A stretch of DNA of 64,000 bases from a virus. The stretch is taken from IMG/VR virus record IMGVR_UViG_3300017788_000014, positions 15,682 through 79,681 of that record. One strand, written 5' to 3'. Position 1 is the stretch's first letter. Every line of letters starts with the position of its first letter. The translations under genes were made by a program, and so were the position numbers. The notes below the pieces were generated by a model. That model was not told where the DNA came from and did no database searches. It saw only the letters and a list, made by a program, of their open reading frames with translations. Below are positions 27,875 to 37,516 of this stretch, piece after piece.

Positions 27875-28149
27875 TGTACTGTGTCATTACAAGAGAAATT
27901 GACGCGGACAAAAAGAATTTGGGCGTTATAATCCCTTACGGACCATTTGTGTCCGAGTTGCTGGCCACGACATTCGCGCAACGCATATTAAAAGTTTCAG
28001 AGCGGCCTGAAATTGAGTGGCGGGTTGCGCCACTTTTCGCCGACGCACAAATACGGCGCAATTTTGCCGAGATTGAATTTGAAGTTTGCGGTACAACGCC
28101 GTTTTCGATGCCCGGCCGGTTCGTTAAAGTGTCTTTTCCTGAGAAATAG
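27874..28149 (+). CDS. hypothetical protein
   Basis: TGATG overlap. Confidence 0.55.
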   Translation: MYCVITREIDADKKNLGVIIPYGPFVSELLATTFAQRILKVSERPEIEWRVAPLFADAQIRRNFAEIEFEVCGTTPFSMPGRFVKVSFPEK

Positions 28150-28202
28150 ACTAAAATGACAGATTGTGGCATGGTTCTGCACATACAGCGGCGGAGGTTT
28201 CC

Positions 28203-28862
28203 ATGTTCAATCTGTCAGACATGTCGGAAATCGAACTGGGGTTTGTCCGTGTTTACGTGCGCGCATTGCGCCGCGATTGCGATCAATTAGCCACGGTATT
28301 TGCCGTTTCTCATCCTGACAGTCTGGCAATTCAAGACATTGTGCGTGCGACAAAAGTCGCGCGCGGCGTGCACGAATTACAGCAAAATTTTGAGCGCCGT
28401 TTAGCGGAACTTCCGTTTGCAAAAAATAAACTGCGACGATCGGCGCCCACTGATCCGTTTTGGATCGCGCTTGCAAAGTTTTTTTCGCTGTCGTTCTTCA
28501 AATTGCTGAAGTTGCAAAAAGAAAACGATGTCACGAAAAACACGTCGGATTACGGTTGGTACAGTGGGCAGCCGGAGGATTGGCAGGCATCTATCGCTGT
28601 ATTGAAAACGTTGTTAGACGAACAGCCGGCTGCGGCGGCGATATTAAACGCAAAACCGACGCAGAATAGTTCTTTAACGAAGTTGTTCGCAACGCTACAG
28701 CAGTTTTTTAGCGGCGTTAATTTCACCGCACACGTCGTAAACGGCGACGCTCCAAATGCTCCGCAAAAAGTTTGGCCAGTCGCCGAAGCCGCGACTGACT
28801 GGGACGACTACGACGAGGACGACGAAGATGTTGACGACATGTTTGGAAATTGGTTTCTTTAA
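28203..28862 (+). CDS. hypothetical protein
   Basis: GGAGGT RBS; acidic C-terminus. Confidence 0.65.
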   Translation: MFNLSDMSEIELGFVRVYVRALRRDCDQLATVFAVSHPDSLAIQDIVRATKVARGVHELQQNFERRLAELPFAKNKLRRSAPTDPFWIALAKFFSLSFFKLLKLQKENDVTKNTSDYGWYSGQPEDWQASIAVLKTLLDEQPAAAAILNAKPTQNSSLTKLFATLQQFFSGVNFTAHVVNGDAPNAPQKVWPVAEAATDWDDYDEDDEDVDDMFGNWFL

Positions 28863-28877
28863 TCTGGGTGTGAATAC

Positions 28878-30062
28878 ATGACACCGCTGTTTGTGTTCTG
28901 CGCCGATCTTCATCTCGAAGACGGCGCGTGGTCTTCTCGGCCGGCAATTTACGGTGACGCATATTACAGTTTCGATCAAATTGTCGCGTACTGCATCGAA
29001 CATAAATTGCCGCTTATTATGGGCGGCGACATTCTGGAAAAAAAACAGAACCTCGCACGCCCGATCGCTAAATTGTGCGAGGGGCTGACGCGGTTACAGG
29101 CTGCCTGCGTGCCCGTTTACTACATTCAGGGCAATCACGAGTATGACCGAAATGCGCCGTGGCTAACTGTGCATCCGTGGCCGGTGCATCTACACGAATA
29201 CGGTTTGCCTTTTGGTGACGTCGCCGGCCCGCGAGTGTACGGACTTGACTGGCTACCGCGCGGCGACATTCAAGAAGCGTTCAAATCCGTGCCGGCCGAC
29301 ACGGATATTCTGGTGACGCATCAAGTCTGGAAAGATTTCATGGGCACTGTCGGGCGCACCGAGTGCGAACTAACCGACGTGCATCATGTGCGCACCGTGC
29401 TCGCCGGTGATTTTCACATCACCAAAACGGTCGAGGGTGTAAACGCACAAGGTCAGTCGATTCGGATGCTGTCGCCGGGGTCTACGGCGATGCAGGACAT
29501 CGGCGAAACACCCGAAAAGTTTTTCTTCGTTGTCGCCAGAGATGCCGACAACAAATTTGTATTTCAGCCGCAACAATTGAAAACTCGGCCGTTTTTAAAG
29601 TACACGGTCGAGACGCAAGAAGAACTCGACGAGTTGTGCTCCGGCAATCTTGTCCGCGCGATTACGGACGCCACTGCAGTCGCGACGTCTGCCGGTATTC
29701 CGGCGCATATTCAAAAACCGCTGGTGCGGATCAAGTTCAGTAAACAACTGCCCGACGCGTGGTTGCGGTTGACGACGGCCGTCGCTGATGCCGCACATGT
29801 ATTCTGCGACCCAATTGCCGGCAATTCATCAGTTAAGACGGCGCGAGCCGTGGATACGACTAAAAACGACGTGCTTTCTGCGTTAGAGACATTGCTGGGC
29901 GCCAATTCAGCCGCGTATAAAGTAGCCGCGGCTGTGTACAACGCGGAAGAGCCGGCAAAAGAGATTGACGTATTGTTTCAGCGGTATATGGAGGAATCCG
30001 AACATGCAACTGTTGCGGCTGGAAGTTCAGAACTGGGTGCACCATCGGCATCAGATTTGTGA
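28878..30062 (+). CDS. sbcD: metallophosphoesterase nuclease, SbcD/Mre11-like
   Basis: ADLHL, GGD, GNHE, THQ, GDFH motifs; adjacent to SMC ATPase. Confidence 0.85.
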   Translation: MTPLFVFCADLHLEDGAWSSRPAIYGDAYYSFDQIVAYCIEHKLPLIMGGDILEKKQNLARPIAKLCEGLTRLQAACVPVYYIQGNHEYDRNAPWLTVHPWPVHLHEYGLPFGDVAGPRVYGLDWLPRGDIQEAFKSVPADTDILVTHQVWKDFMGTVGRTECELTDVHHVRTVLAGDFHITKTVEGVNAQGQSIRMLSPGSTAMQDIGETPEKFFFVVARDADNKFVFQPQQLKTRPFLKYTVETQEELDELCSGNLVRAITDATAVATSAGIPAHIQKPLVRIKFSKQLPDAWLRLTTAVADAAHVFCDPIAGNSSVKTARAVDTTKNDVLSALETLLGANSAAYKVAAAVYNAEEPAKEIDVLFQRYMEESEHATVAAGSSELGAPSASDL

Positions 30063-32160
30063 ATTTACTCGCGGCCTTGTTGCGATTCTCGGTGAAAACG
30101 GCTCCGGTAAGAGCAGTTTATTCGGCGCTATTAAATGGCTGCTGACCGGCGAGAATCCGAATTACGGCGTCAAAGCCGACAATATTTCGCAATACGCCAA
30201 AGAAGGCGAGCCGTCTTTTGCCCGACTGGAGTTCGAGCATAACGGCCACATCGCGGTTGTTACACGGCATTTATTGCCGGACAAAGAACCGTCGACGCTG
30301 ACACTCGACGATAAAGAAGTCGCCCGCGGCGATAAGGCTGTTACAGCCGGCATCGAAAAAATTCTGTGCGTGGATGCCAAGTTTATCTCGCGGTTTATTA
30401 TCGTCGGTCAGATGGATATTTTTTCGTTTATTGACGACAACCAGACCGACACCGATAAGTTTTTTCAACGCCTGTTCAATACGGTAAAAGCCGATAAGTG
30501 TCAGGATGCGATTGGAAAATTTACGACAAAATTGGTAGTCCCCGAAATTGTCGAGACGGCCGATCAGATTGAAACGCAGCGCTTGGGCGTGCTGCAACAA
30601 ATTGAAATACTGCGCGAGCAGATTGCAGAGTTGCCCAGTTTTGAAACGTTTTTGACGGCGCAGAAAACGCAGCAAAAAACGCTTGCCGATTGGGAGGCTC
30701 GGTCAGAGGCCGCGAACGCACTCGCCGCGTTAGATCGCAAAGAAATTGAGCATAACCGCCAACTCGCTACCGTAGAAGAGACGGTTAAACGATATGCGGC
30801 AGATTTAGACGCACTGGATGGCGCCGTCAATGGACAGGATTCAGCGTATGCTGATGCGCGCAGCGCTTTGGCGCATTGGGACAGTTACAAAAAGGTGGCG
30901 GCGGCACGCGCGGCCTTGCAAAAAGACTCGGCTGAAATCTCGTCGCAACGCGAGACCGATATTGAACCGCGCGCAGTCGTGGAAACTGAACTTGAAGATG
31001 CCGCGGCGCTTGTGCTAGGTTTACGCGCCGACGTCGAGCGGGCGGAAAATCTGCTGGCCGTGTTCGATAAGGCCGGCGTGGTCGCCTGTCCGACGTGTCA
31101 TACGCCGACACAGAATCTACACGAGCATCTTGCGGAGACGCGAAATCAATTACCCAAATTGCGCGCTGATTTGGCCGCTGCAAAAACAGTCCAGCAACAG
31201 ATACTGTCGACGCAACAGGCACATACGGCGTGGGTGCGGCGGGAACAGGCTCGGCAAACAAAATTGCAGCAGATTGAAGCCTCAGTTGTAAATCTGACGA
31301 CGATTGCGCCGCCAAAAGATGCCGAAGAAACGTTACAACAGGCGGTCAATGAGTATGAGGATTTCAAGAAATTACGGCAGGAATTAACGCCGCTGGCGCA
31401 GGAAGCACGGGAAGAGCGCGCGTCGTTGGCCGGGCAAATCGAAGCAATTCGGGCGCAGCGTGAAACGTTAGCCGACACCATTGCGCAAATTACGGTCACA
31501 CAGGCGGACGAATTTCTTGCGCGGACAATGCTTGAAAAGTTAAAGTCCGAATTCGCTACGCGGCAAGAAACCGAGCGGCAAATTACAGAATTGGAGTTCA
31601 CCGCACGACAACTGGCCGACAAACAAGCACAGGCGCGCACCGACGAACAGCGCGCCGTTAAACTTCGTGAGTGGATAGAAATTGCGAACCAGTCCCGCGA
31701 GGCGTTGAAAAACGCACCGCGGCTGGTCGCGCAAAGAAATCTTCAGCGTTTGGAATCCGCGGTAAACGACATCCTGCAAATCTTCGCTGTGAATTTTTCG
31801 GTGCGTGTCGCTACGGATGGCAGTTTGACCTTTTTGGCGGAGTTTTTCGATGGCAGAAAACAAGTTGCCCAGCGATTGTCAGTCGGACAAAAAACAGTCT
31901 TGGCTCTTGCGTTTCGAGTCGCCTGCAACGCAATGTTCGCAGAAGAAATCGGACTGCTCGCGCTGGACGAACCGACTGCGTCACTTGATGCGCCGCGTAT
32001 TCGCGCACTCGCTCCGGTTTTGGAAAAACTGAGAGACCTTTCGACCGCAAAGGGTTTACAGTGTTTGTTGGTGACTCATGCGACAGGACTATCGCACTTA
32101 TTCGAGTCATCGATTACACTGGAACCTCCGGAGGTACGAAATGTCAGCACGCGCAGATGA
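30004..32160 (+). CDS. sbcC: SMC-family ATPase, SbcC/Rad50-like
   Basis: Walker A GENGSGKS, coiled coil with CPTC zinc hook, LSVGQ signature, LDEP Walker B, VTH. Confidence 0.9.
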   Translation: MQLLRLEVQNWVHHRHQICEFTRGLVAILGENGSGKSSLFGAIKWLLTGENPNYGVKADNISQYAKEGEPSFARLEFEHNGHIAVVTRHLLPDKEPSTLTLDDKEVARGDKAVTAGIEKILCVDAKFISRFIIVGQMDIFSFIDDNQTDTDKFFQRLFNTVKADKCQDAIGKFTTKLVVPEIVETADQIETQRLGVLQQIEILREQIAELPSFETFLTAQKTQQKTLADWEARSEAANALAALDRKEIEHNRQLATVEETVKRYAADLDALDGAVNGQDSAYADARSALAHWDSYKKVAAARAALQKDSAEISSQRETDIEPRAVVETELEDAAALVLGLRADVERAENLLAVFDKAGVVACPTCHTPTQNLHEHLAETRNQLPKLRADLAAAKTVQQQILSTQQAHTAWVRREQARQTKLQQIEASVVNLTTIAPPKDAEETLQQAVNEYEDFKKLRQELTPLAQEAREERASLAGQIEAIRAQRETLADTIAQITVTQADEFLARTMLEKLKSEFATRQETERQITELEFTARQLADKQAQARTDEQRAVKLREWIEIANQSREALKNAPRLVAQRNLQRLESAVNDILQIFAVNFSVRVATDGSLTFLAEFFDGRKQVAQRLSVGQKTVLALAFRVACNAMFAEEIGLLALDEPTASLDAPRIRALAPVLEKLRDLSTAKGLQCLLVTHATGLSHLFESSITLEPPEVRNVSTRR

Positions 32161-33091
32161 ACGTGTAATTAAACTCTACACGGCAAAAAACGGACACGTC
32201 TGGTATTCTGTCGGCATTGGCCAGCCGACGGACTCCGGGCGCATTGTCGACAGTTTTTTGCTGTCATCTGTCGTGTCCGGCATGGGTTTATGTTTTCGAA
32301 TACTTGGTTTGCCGCAAAATGCTGAGTTGATTTGCGCCCTGTATTTTCGCAAAAGCAAAGGCGAGGTGCGCTATATCGATATTGCCGGGCCGAACATTTT
32401 AAACAACATCGACGAATTGAACGATCCCGCGCTAGTGTTGCAGCGCATGCGCAGTTCAAATTTGTCGTCGGCTAGTGGCGGCTGGCATCCGCTGTCGATG
32501 CAGGATTATCCTGTGTACGCCGCACTGGCGAAGAATTTACGGGCCGGATTCGTTTTTGACGAGTCTGCGCGCACTTATTTGCGATTGCACCCCGCCTATC
32601 GCGCGCTGAGTTTTATTCCCACCGTTTGCGAAAAAATGGCGGCGCAATTGATTACGACAATTGTCGATCCGCGCTGGTACGTCAATCGTTATCGACCGGA
32701 CTCGCCTCGAAAGTTGGAATTGTTTCTTGGACTCACGCCAAGTTCGCAGCAGCGGGTGTCCGATCCGAAAAAAATTATCACCAAAACGCGCGATTTACGG
32801 TGCGGCGCTGTTTTGTCGACATGGAAAACGGCGCGCCCCGACACCGTAAATATGTCGCTGCCGGCTAACTTTTTATATCGTATCTGGCGTAACTTCGGTG
32901 GCGGATGGCGGGGTGATCTGCGGGCTTCACAAGCGTTTGTTCGTTACTTTTGCGATAACTGGCTCGCGGCGTTAGATTCGCGCGTCGGCACGCATGACGG
33001 CTTGTTTTTACCCGGCGTATACTTTAAAACACCGGCCGAGCGCGAATCGTTTGTTGACCATATGCAACGCGACAATAAAAAGAGTTCCTGA
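32141..33091 (+). CDS. hypothetical protein with IS110/IS116 transposase C-terminal (Transposase_20)-like segment
   Basis: LSFIPTVCEKMAAQLITTIVDPRWY...SPRKLELFLGLTP resembles L.sipGvG...Aa.l.aei.d..rF...kla.y.GL.P. Confidence 0.5.
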   Translation: MSARADERVIKLYTAKNGHVWYSVGIGQPTDSGRIVDSFLLSSVVSGMGLCFRILGLPQNAELICALYFRKSKGEVRYIDIAGPNILNNIDELNDPALVLQRMRSSNLSSASGGWHPLSMQDYPVYAALAKNLRAGFVFDESARTYLRLHPAYRALSFIPTVCEKMAAQLITTIVDPRWYVNRYRPDSPRKLELFLGLTPSSQQRVSDPKKIITKTRDLRCGAVLSTWKTARPDTVNMSLPANFLYRIWRNFGGGWRGDLRASQAFVRYFCDNWLAALDSRVGTHDGLFLPGVYFKTPAERESFVDHMQRDNKKSS

Positions 33092-33585
33092 TGCTTGAAG
33101 TTGCGCTTACACTGCGTTTCAATCGTGTGTGTTTGGGTGCCGCCAAAAAACGACGGCACGGGCAGACTATATTTTGCTTTGATCGCGATCCGGGCCATCG
33201 CGTCATGTTTATGCCGGCCGCGTGGTTGGCCTGCATGCGGTACGCGGCAAAACTCGCCAATCGCCATCATACCGAAGTAAAAAAAATCGATTGGTGTCCG
33301 GTGATTGTCGGCGAGCCGCGCCCCGATTGGCGGCGCGGAATTGTAAGCGCGCCAACCGGTGGCGTACCCAAGAGTCATTACGCACTGCACGAGGCGTTTC
33401 GCCCCGGAGATACGATTATTGTGTACGTCGTGATACCGGAAACGATACCATTGCCGGATTTCACGCGGCTGGTCGAAATTATAGGAAAATACAAAGGTTT
33501 TTCGCCCTTCAACAATTCGCAAGAAAAATATGGCACCTTCGAGATCATCTCAATCGAACCGGTCAACGACTCCGGACGGGAATGA
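33091..33585 (+). CDS. small RAMP/RRM-like hypothetical protein
   Basis: LTLRFNRVCLG...HEAFRPGDTIIV...IGKYKGFSPF...KYGTFEI layout. Confidence 0.45.
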   Translation: MLEVALTLRFNRVCLGAAKKRRHGQTIFCFDRDPGHRVMFMPAAWLACMRYAAKLANRHHTEVKKIDWCPVIVGEPRPDWRRGIVSAPTGGVPKSHYALHEAFRPGDTIIVYVVIPETIPLPDFTRLVEIIGKYKGFSPFNNSQEKYGTFEIISIEPVNDSGRE

Positions 33586-35116
33586 CCCGCGATTTCAAAA
33601 TTATCCGGTGCTCATTCAAAAAGTCGGCAATGTCATCAAATTGACGGGAGAGGGCGATACGGCGTTAAATCCGGAGTTGATTCGCGCGTTGACTCACGAT
33701 TTAAAGTATTCCCATGTCGAGCAATTGCACGGACAGTCTCGCCGTAATCCTGTAACCGGGCAGCGCGTATTTTTCAACACGACCGAGTACAAGTTATTTC
33801 GTGTTGAAAACGGGCATATTATGTTGCTCGGTGGTTACTTAGCCCGCATGAGTCGCCGGCTGAAGAAACTCGGGTGCCGCGCGGCGATTGTCGATCAAAC
33901 TCCGCCGCGTAAGCGACCCAATTGTTACGTGCCGCAATGGTCGCGCATTCCCGACTCATTTCAATTTCGGCCCCGGCAGCGCGAGTGTCTTGAAATTATT
34001 GCTCGTGTGCCATGCGGCGTCATTAAAGCCGTCGCGGGCTTCGGAAAAACTACGCTGATCGGTGCCGCGGCGCAGATATTTCCAGACGCCCGTATCGATG
34101 TAGTGACAAAGTCGGTCGACGTCGCCGAGCGGATTGTGCGCAGTTTACGTCGGTTCGTTCCGAAAGTTGGCATGATTGGCGACGGCTATCGCCAACGCGA
34201 GCGCGTCACTGTGATCACAGCCGGCAGTTTGGCGCACGCAGATGGTGAGGCAGATTTTCTGTTTGCGGACGAAGTGCACCAGTTAGCGACGATCAATTTT
34301 TCGACGGCGCTGGCTGCGCGGTATAGGAACTCTCGGAACTTTGGTCTGAGCGCCACACCGTACGCGCGTATGGACAACGCGCACGCTGTTCTGGAGCCCT
34401 TGTTCGGCCCGATGGTGTTTGACCTGCCGTATCCGCAAGCGGTCGAACTGGGGCTCGTGGTGCCCGTACGCGTGCGGTGGCTGCCGATGCGGTTGGTGCA
34501 CAATCCCGCTGAGCGGTACAAACACCGAGTCGCGAAAAAGCGGTACGGCATCTGGACAAACCGTGAGCGAAATGGCATGATCGCCGCAGCCGTGCGGGAC
34601 TACGCGCCAGACCAGCAGATTTTAATTCTGGTAGAGACGATTGAGCATGCCGTGCATCTCGGTTCGCTGCTGCCGGATTTCACGCTGGTGTACGCCAATA
34701 TGGCGCCGTACGACTGCGCGGCATACAAAAAGATGAAGTTGTTGCCCGAAGATTACGCGCCCTTGACCGGCATCCAGCGTCACGATCTGCGCGACGCTTT
34801 CGAGTCTGGTGAATTAAAACGCGTAATTGCTACCGATGTGTGGTCAACCGGCGTCGATTTCGAGCAATTAAATGTGTTGGTCCGCGCAGATGATCGCGAC
34901 AGCGACATTGTCGACGTTCAGGGCCCCGGCCGTGTGAGCCGTATTTATACGGCACCAGACGGTACGGTAAAAGAATTCGGCGAAGTCGTGGATTGCATGG
35001 ATACGTTCGATCCGACGTTCTACCGCAAAAGCATCGGCCGCCGCGACAGTTATCGTTTACTTGGATGGGAGCAAAACTGGAATGAGGCTCAAAGAAGTTG
35101 GCGCACTGGCGGGTGA
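33530..35116 (+). CDS. superfamily 2 DNA helicase (UvsW/SSL2-like)
   Basis: RPRQ Q-motif, AGFGKT, DEVH, SAT, TGVD, QGPGRVSR; start uncertain. Confidence 0.9.
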   Translation: MAPSRSSQSNRSTTPDGNDPRFQNYPVLIQKVGNVIKLTGEGDTALNPELIRALTHDLKYSHVEQLHGQSRRNPVTGQRVFFNTTEYKLFRVENGHIMLLGGYLARMSRRLKKLGCRAAIVDQTPPRKRPNCYVPQWSRIPDSFQFRPRQRECLEIIARVPCGVIKAVAGFGKTTLIGAAAQIFPDARIDVVTKSVDVAERIVRSLRRFVPKVGMIGDGYRQRERVTVITAGSLAHADGEADFLFADEVHQLATINFSTALAARYRNSRNFGLSATPYARMDNAHAVLEPLFGPMVFDLPYPQAVELGLVVPVRVRWLPMRLVHNPAERYKHRVAKKRYGIWTNRERNGMIAAAVRDYAPDQQILILVETIEHAVHLGSLLPDFTLVYANMAPYDCAAYKKMKLLPEDYAPLTGIQRHDLRDAFESGELKRVIATDVWSTGVDFEQLNVLVRADDRDSDIVDVQGPGRVSRIYTAPDGTVKEFGEVVDCMDTFDPTFYRKSIGRRDSYRLLGWEQNWNEAQRSWRTGG

Positions 35117-35837
35117 AGAATTACTTTCGCACGACTGGTATCGCCGCCTTGATCGTGATCAGTTATTGGCCTACGTGCGTTATCAGTTTTTGTCGACGTA
35201 TTTTCGTCAATACGATTTTGACGCCCGCGCGCACGTCACACGCTACAAACGCTGGGACGGCGGCCGGAGTGCCGATGGCGTACGACATAAGTCTATTTGG
35301 TCTGACATTGTCGACGAAATTCTAAAACATGACGTTGTACCCGGATTGTGGGTGCACGCACATTTCTCGCCGTCGTTTTCATCGCTGCTGTGTGAATCCC
35401 GTAAGGGTTTCACTAGCGTACAGCCGGCAATGCTGCGCGGTCCGTCGTCGCACGCGGCATACCGCGATTATTTATCCGCGTGCCCGCTCAGTATTCGGCA
35501 GGCGTATCATGTCGCGCACAATTCGATTATGGCGCGTTATTCGGCTACGACGGTTTATCAGTTGCCGCCGGACGATCATTACTTTTACGTGTTGTGCGAT
35601 ACGGCATACGTGAACGCAAGTCCGTTTTTTCGGCACGCTTTCGGCGCGCTAGCAAATTGTCATCGCGTTGAGTCCCGCTACATCTTCGAAGCCGCGATCG
35701 AATACGAGGCCAAGCAATCTATGTACGACCGCGTAATCGACGACGGTATAGTTGAAAACGTCGCGTGGTGGCGTACAAACGATTTATTGCAGGAAGTCAT
35801 CAATATTCGACAAAAATGGAGTGCGTATTGTGGCTAA
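35082..35837 (+). CDS. hypothetical protein upstream of replicative helicase
   Basis: 251 aa ORF overlapping both neighbours. Confidence 0.7.
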   Translation: MRLKEVGALAGEELLSHDWYRRLDRDQLLAYVRYQFLSTYFRQYDFDARAHVTRYKRWDGGRSADGVRHKSIWSDIVDEILKHDVVPGLWVHAHFSPSFSSLLCESRKGFTSVQPAMLRGPSSHAAYRDYLSACPLSIRQAYHVAHNSIMARYSATTVYQLPPDDHYFYVLCDTAYVNASPFFRHAFGALANCHRVESRYIFEAAIEYEAKQSMYDRVIDDGIVENVAWWRTNDLLQEVINIRQKWSAYCG

Positions 35838-37509
35838 TTTTGAGGGGCAAACGCAGCCGGAAACAGAAGTTCCAGTTTCGTTTGTCGAGATTTGTGAACT
35901 CGCACGCGGCTTGATTCGACACCGCAGTTTATTGCAGTCGGCGTTGCGCGTCGGTTTGACGGCGTCGCATTTCAATGGTGAACGAGAGTTTCCGCTGCAT
36001 GTATTATTGAACGTCTATACGCGACTAATAGAGCGCTACGATGTTGTGACACAAAATATGGTCATGACAGAATTGTCGTCGTGGGACGAAATCGGCGCGC
36101 AGCCGCTGAGTCCGGCGCATAAAGAATTTCTGTTTGGCAGCAATGATGACGGATTCATTTCTGCCGTTTTTGAGATTAACAACAACGAAACGGCGGAACA
36201 AAACGCCGCCGAACGGCAGTTTGTCGAGGGCATTTTACGGCGATTTTTAAACGCGCGATTGGTGCGGAGCCAACTGCATCAAATCATCGCGGTCTCGACG
36301 AACGATGCCGCGCCTGCAAATTTTAAAGATATGCTGGCGCGGTTTAAGTTGCAGGCCGAAGCCGTGCAGCAGGTCGGTATTGACACAACGAATGCGGCAG
36401 AAATGCCCGCGTTCGGCGGCCATGTTGTTTTGCCACCGTTGCCTGAGCCGACAACCGTGCCGTGGGTCGACAATTTTATTGGCGGTTTTCGCCGCGGCGA
36501 CATTCTCGGTTTGATAGGGCCGTACAGCGGCGGTAAGACGACAATGTTGTCTGTATTAGCGGTACGAATGGCGCAGCAATATGCTGCGACCGACCGCCGC
36601 CGTCTTTCTGTCTACATCTGTTACGAAGACGGCGCGGCCAAGATGAATCATCTGTTTTGGTCAGCCGCGGCACACATTTCTCGAAGTGTTTTCAACGCAG
36701 CAGACCCAGAAACGTTTTGGGCCAATTTTTCCACACGTGACAACCTTAAAGATTACGACCGTTTGTTGCCCGAGAACAGAAACGGCGAGATCATCATGGG
36801 CGAACGCGAGCGGTGGTTGGCCGTGCAGTCGTGGTTTAATTCTCACTTTGTCTTTTTCGATTTTTCGTCAAATTCAAACACGGGCAACCGCGGCAGCGGC
36901 GGTGTGCATGAAATTGTGGCGTCACTGACCGAATTGTCTGAACGCCGGCAAATGGACATTGGTTTTGTCGGAGTGGACTATTCAATGCCGCTGTTAAACC
37001 GGTTTCTCGCGCGTGACGCCCGTACGCGTAACATGGAACAGGTTTGGCGGCCGTTACAGATGCTGCCGGACGAACTCAAAACAATGGTCGCAATACCGTT
37101 TAGTTCGACAGTTATGTTGGCGCATCAGTTGGCCGGTTCGGATATCAAGCATATTCCGTCGTGGCGGTATGTCGGACATCTGGACGCGATGGGTTCTAAA
37201 GCATTTGCCGAAAATCTGCACGCGTGCGCCTGTATAAATACGCCCGATCCGGAAACCAAAGTGTCGACGCTAAATTGGTCCAAAATTCGCGCCGGCCGTC
37301 CGGATACTCGTACTGGTTTGATTCGCATTGACGACAATATTGTCGACGTGCCGTTGGTTGACGATCAGTACATGATCAACGAGTTCGCCAAACGAATTCA
37401 ACGGCGCAATGAAATTGAGCCGGTGCAGCACAGCACATTGATGCAACCGGCGCAGCGGCGCGTGCGACCGCCGCTGCCTGTTCGAGATACGTTCAGCGAC
37501 GATATGTGA
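35830..37509 (+). CDS. DnaB-like (SF4) replicative helicase
   Basis: GPYSGGKTT, YICYE, VGVDY, LAHQL motifs; followed by primase. Confidence 0.8.
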   Translation: MANFEGQTQPETEVPVSFVEICELARGLIRHRSLLQSALRVGLTASHFNGEREFPLHVLLNVYTRLIERYDVVTQNMVMTELSSWDEIGAQPLSPAHKEFLFGSNDDGFISAVFEINNNETAEQNAAERQFVEGILRRFLNARLVRSQLHQIIAVSTNDAAPANFKDMLARFKLQAEAVQQVGIDTTNAAEMPAFGGHVVLPPLPEPTTVPWVDNFIGGFRRGDILGLIGPYSGGKTTMLSVLAVRMAQQYAATDRRRLSVYICYEDGAAKMNHLFWSAAAHISRSVFNAADPETFWANFSTRDNLKDYDRLLPENRNGEIIMGERERWLAVQSWFNSHFVFFDFSSNSNTGNRGSGGVHEIVASLTELSERRQMDIGFVGVDYSMPLLNRFLARDARTRNMEQVWRPLQMLPDELKTMVAIPFSSTVMLAHQLAGSDIKHIPSWRYVGHLDAMGSKAFAENLHACACINTPDPETKVSTLNWSKIRAGRPDTRTGLIRIDDNIVDVPLVDDQYMINEFAKRIQRRNEIEPVQHSTLMQPAQRRVRPPLPVRDTFSDDM

Positions 37510-37516
37510 GGAGATT

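Noticed and set aside
32141-33091. Active IS110 insertion element
   Set aside because: No DEDD motif, no non-coding ends, and the gene overlaps both neighbours
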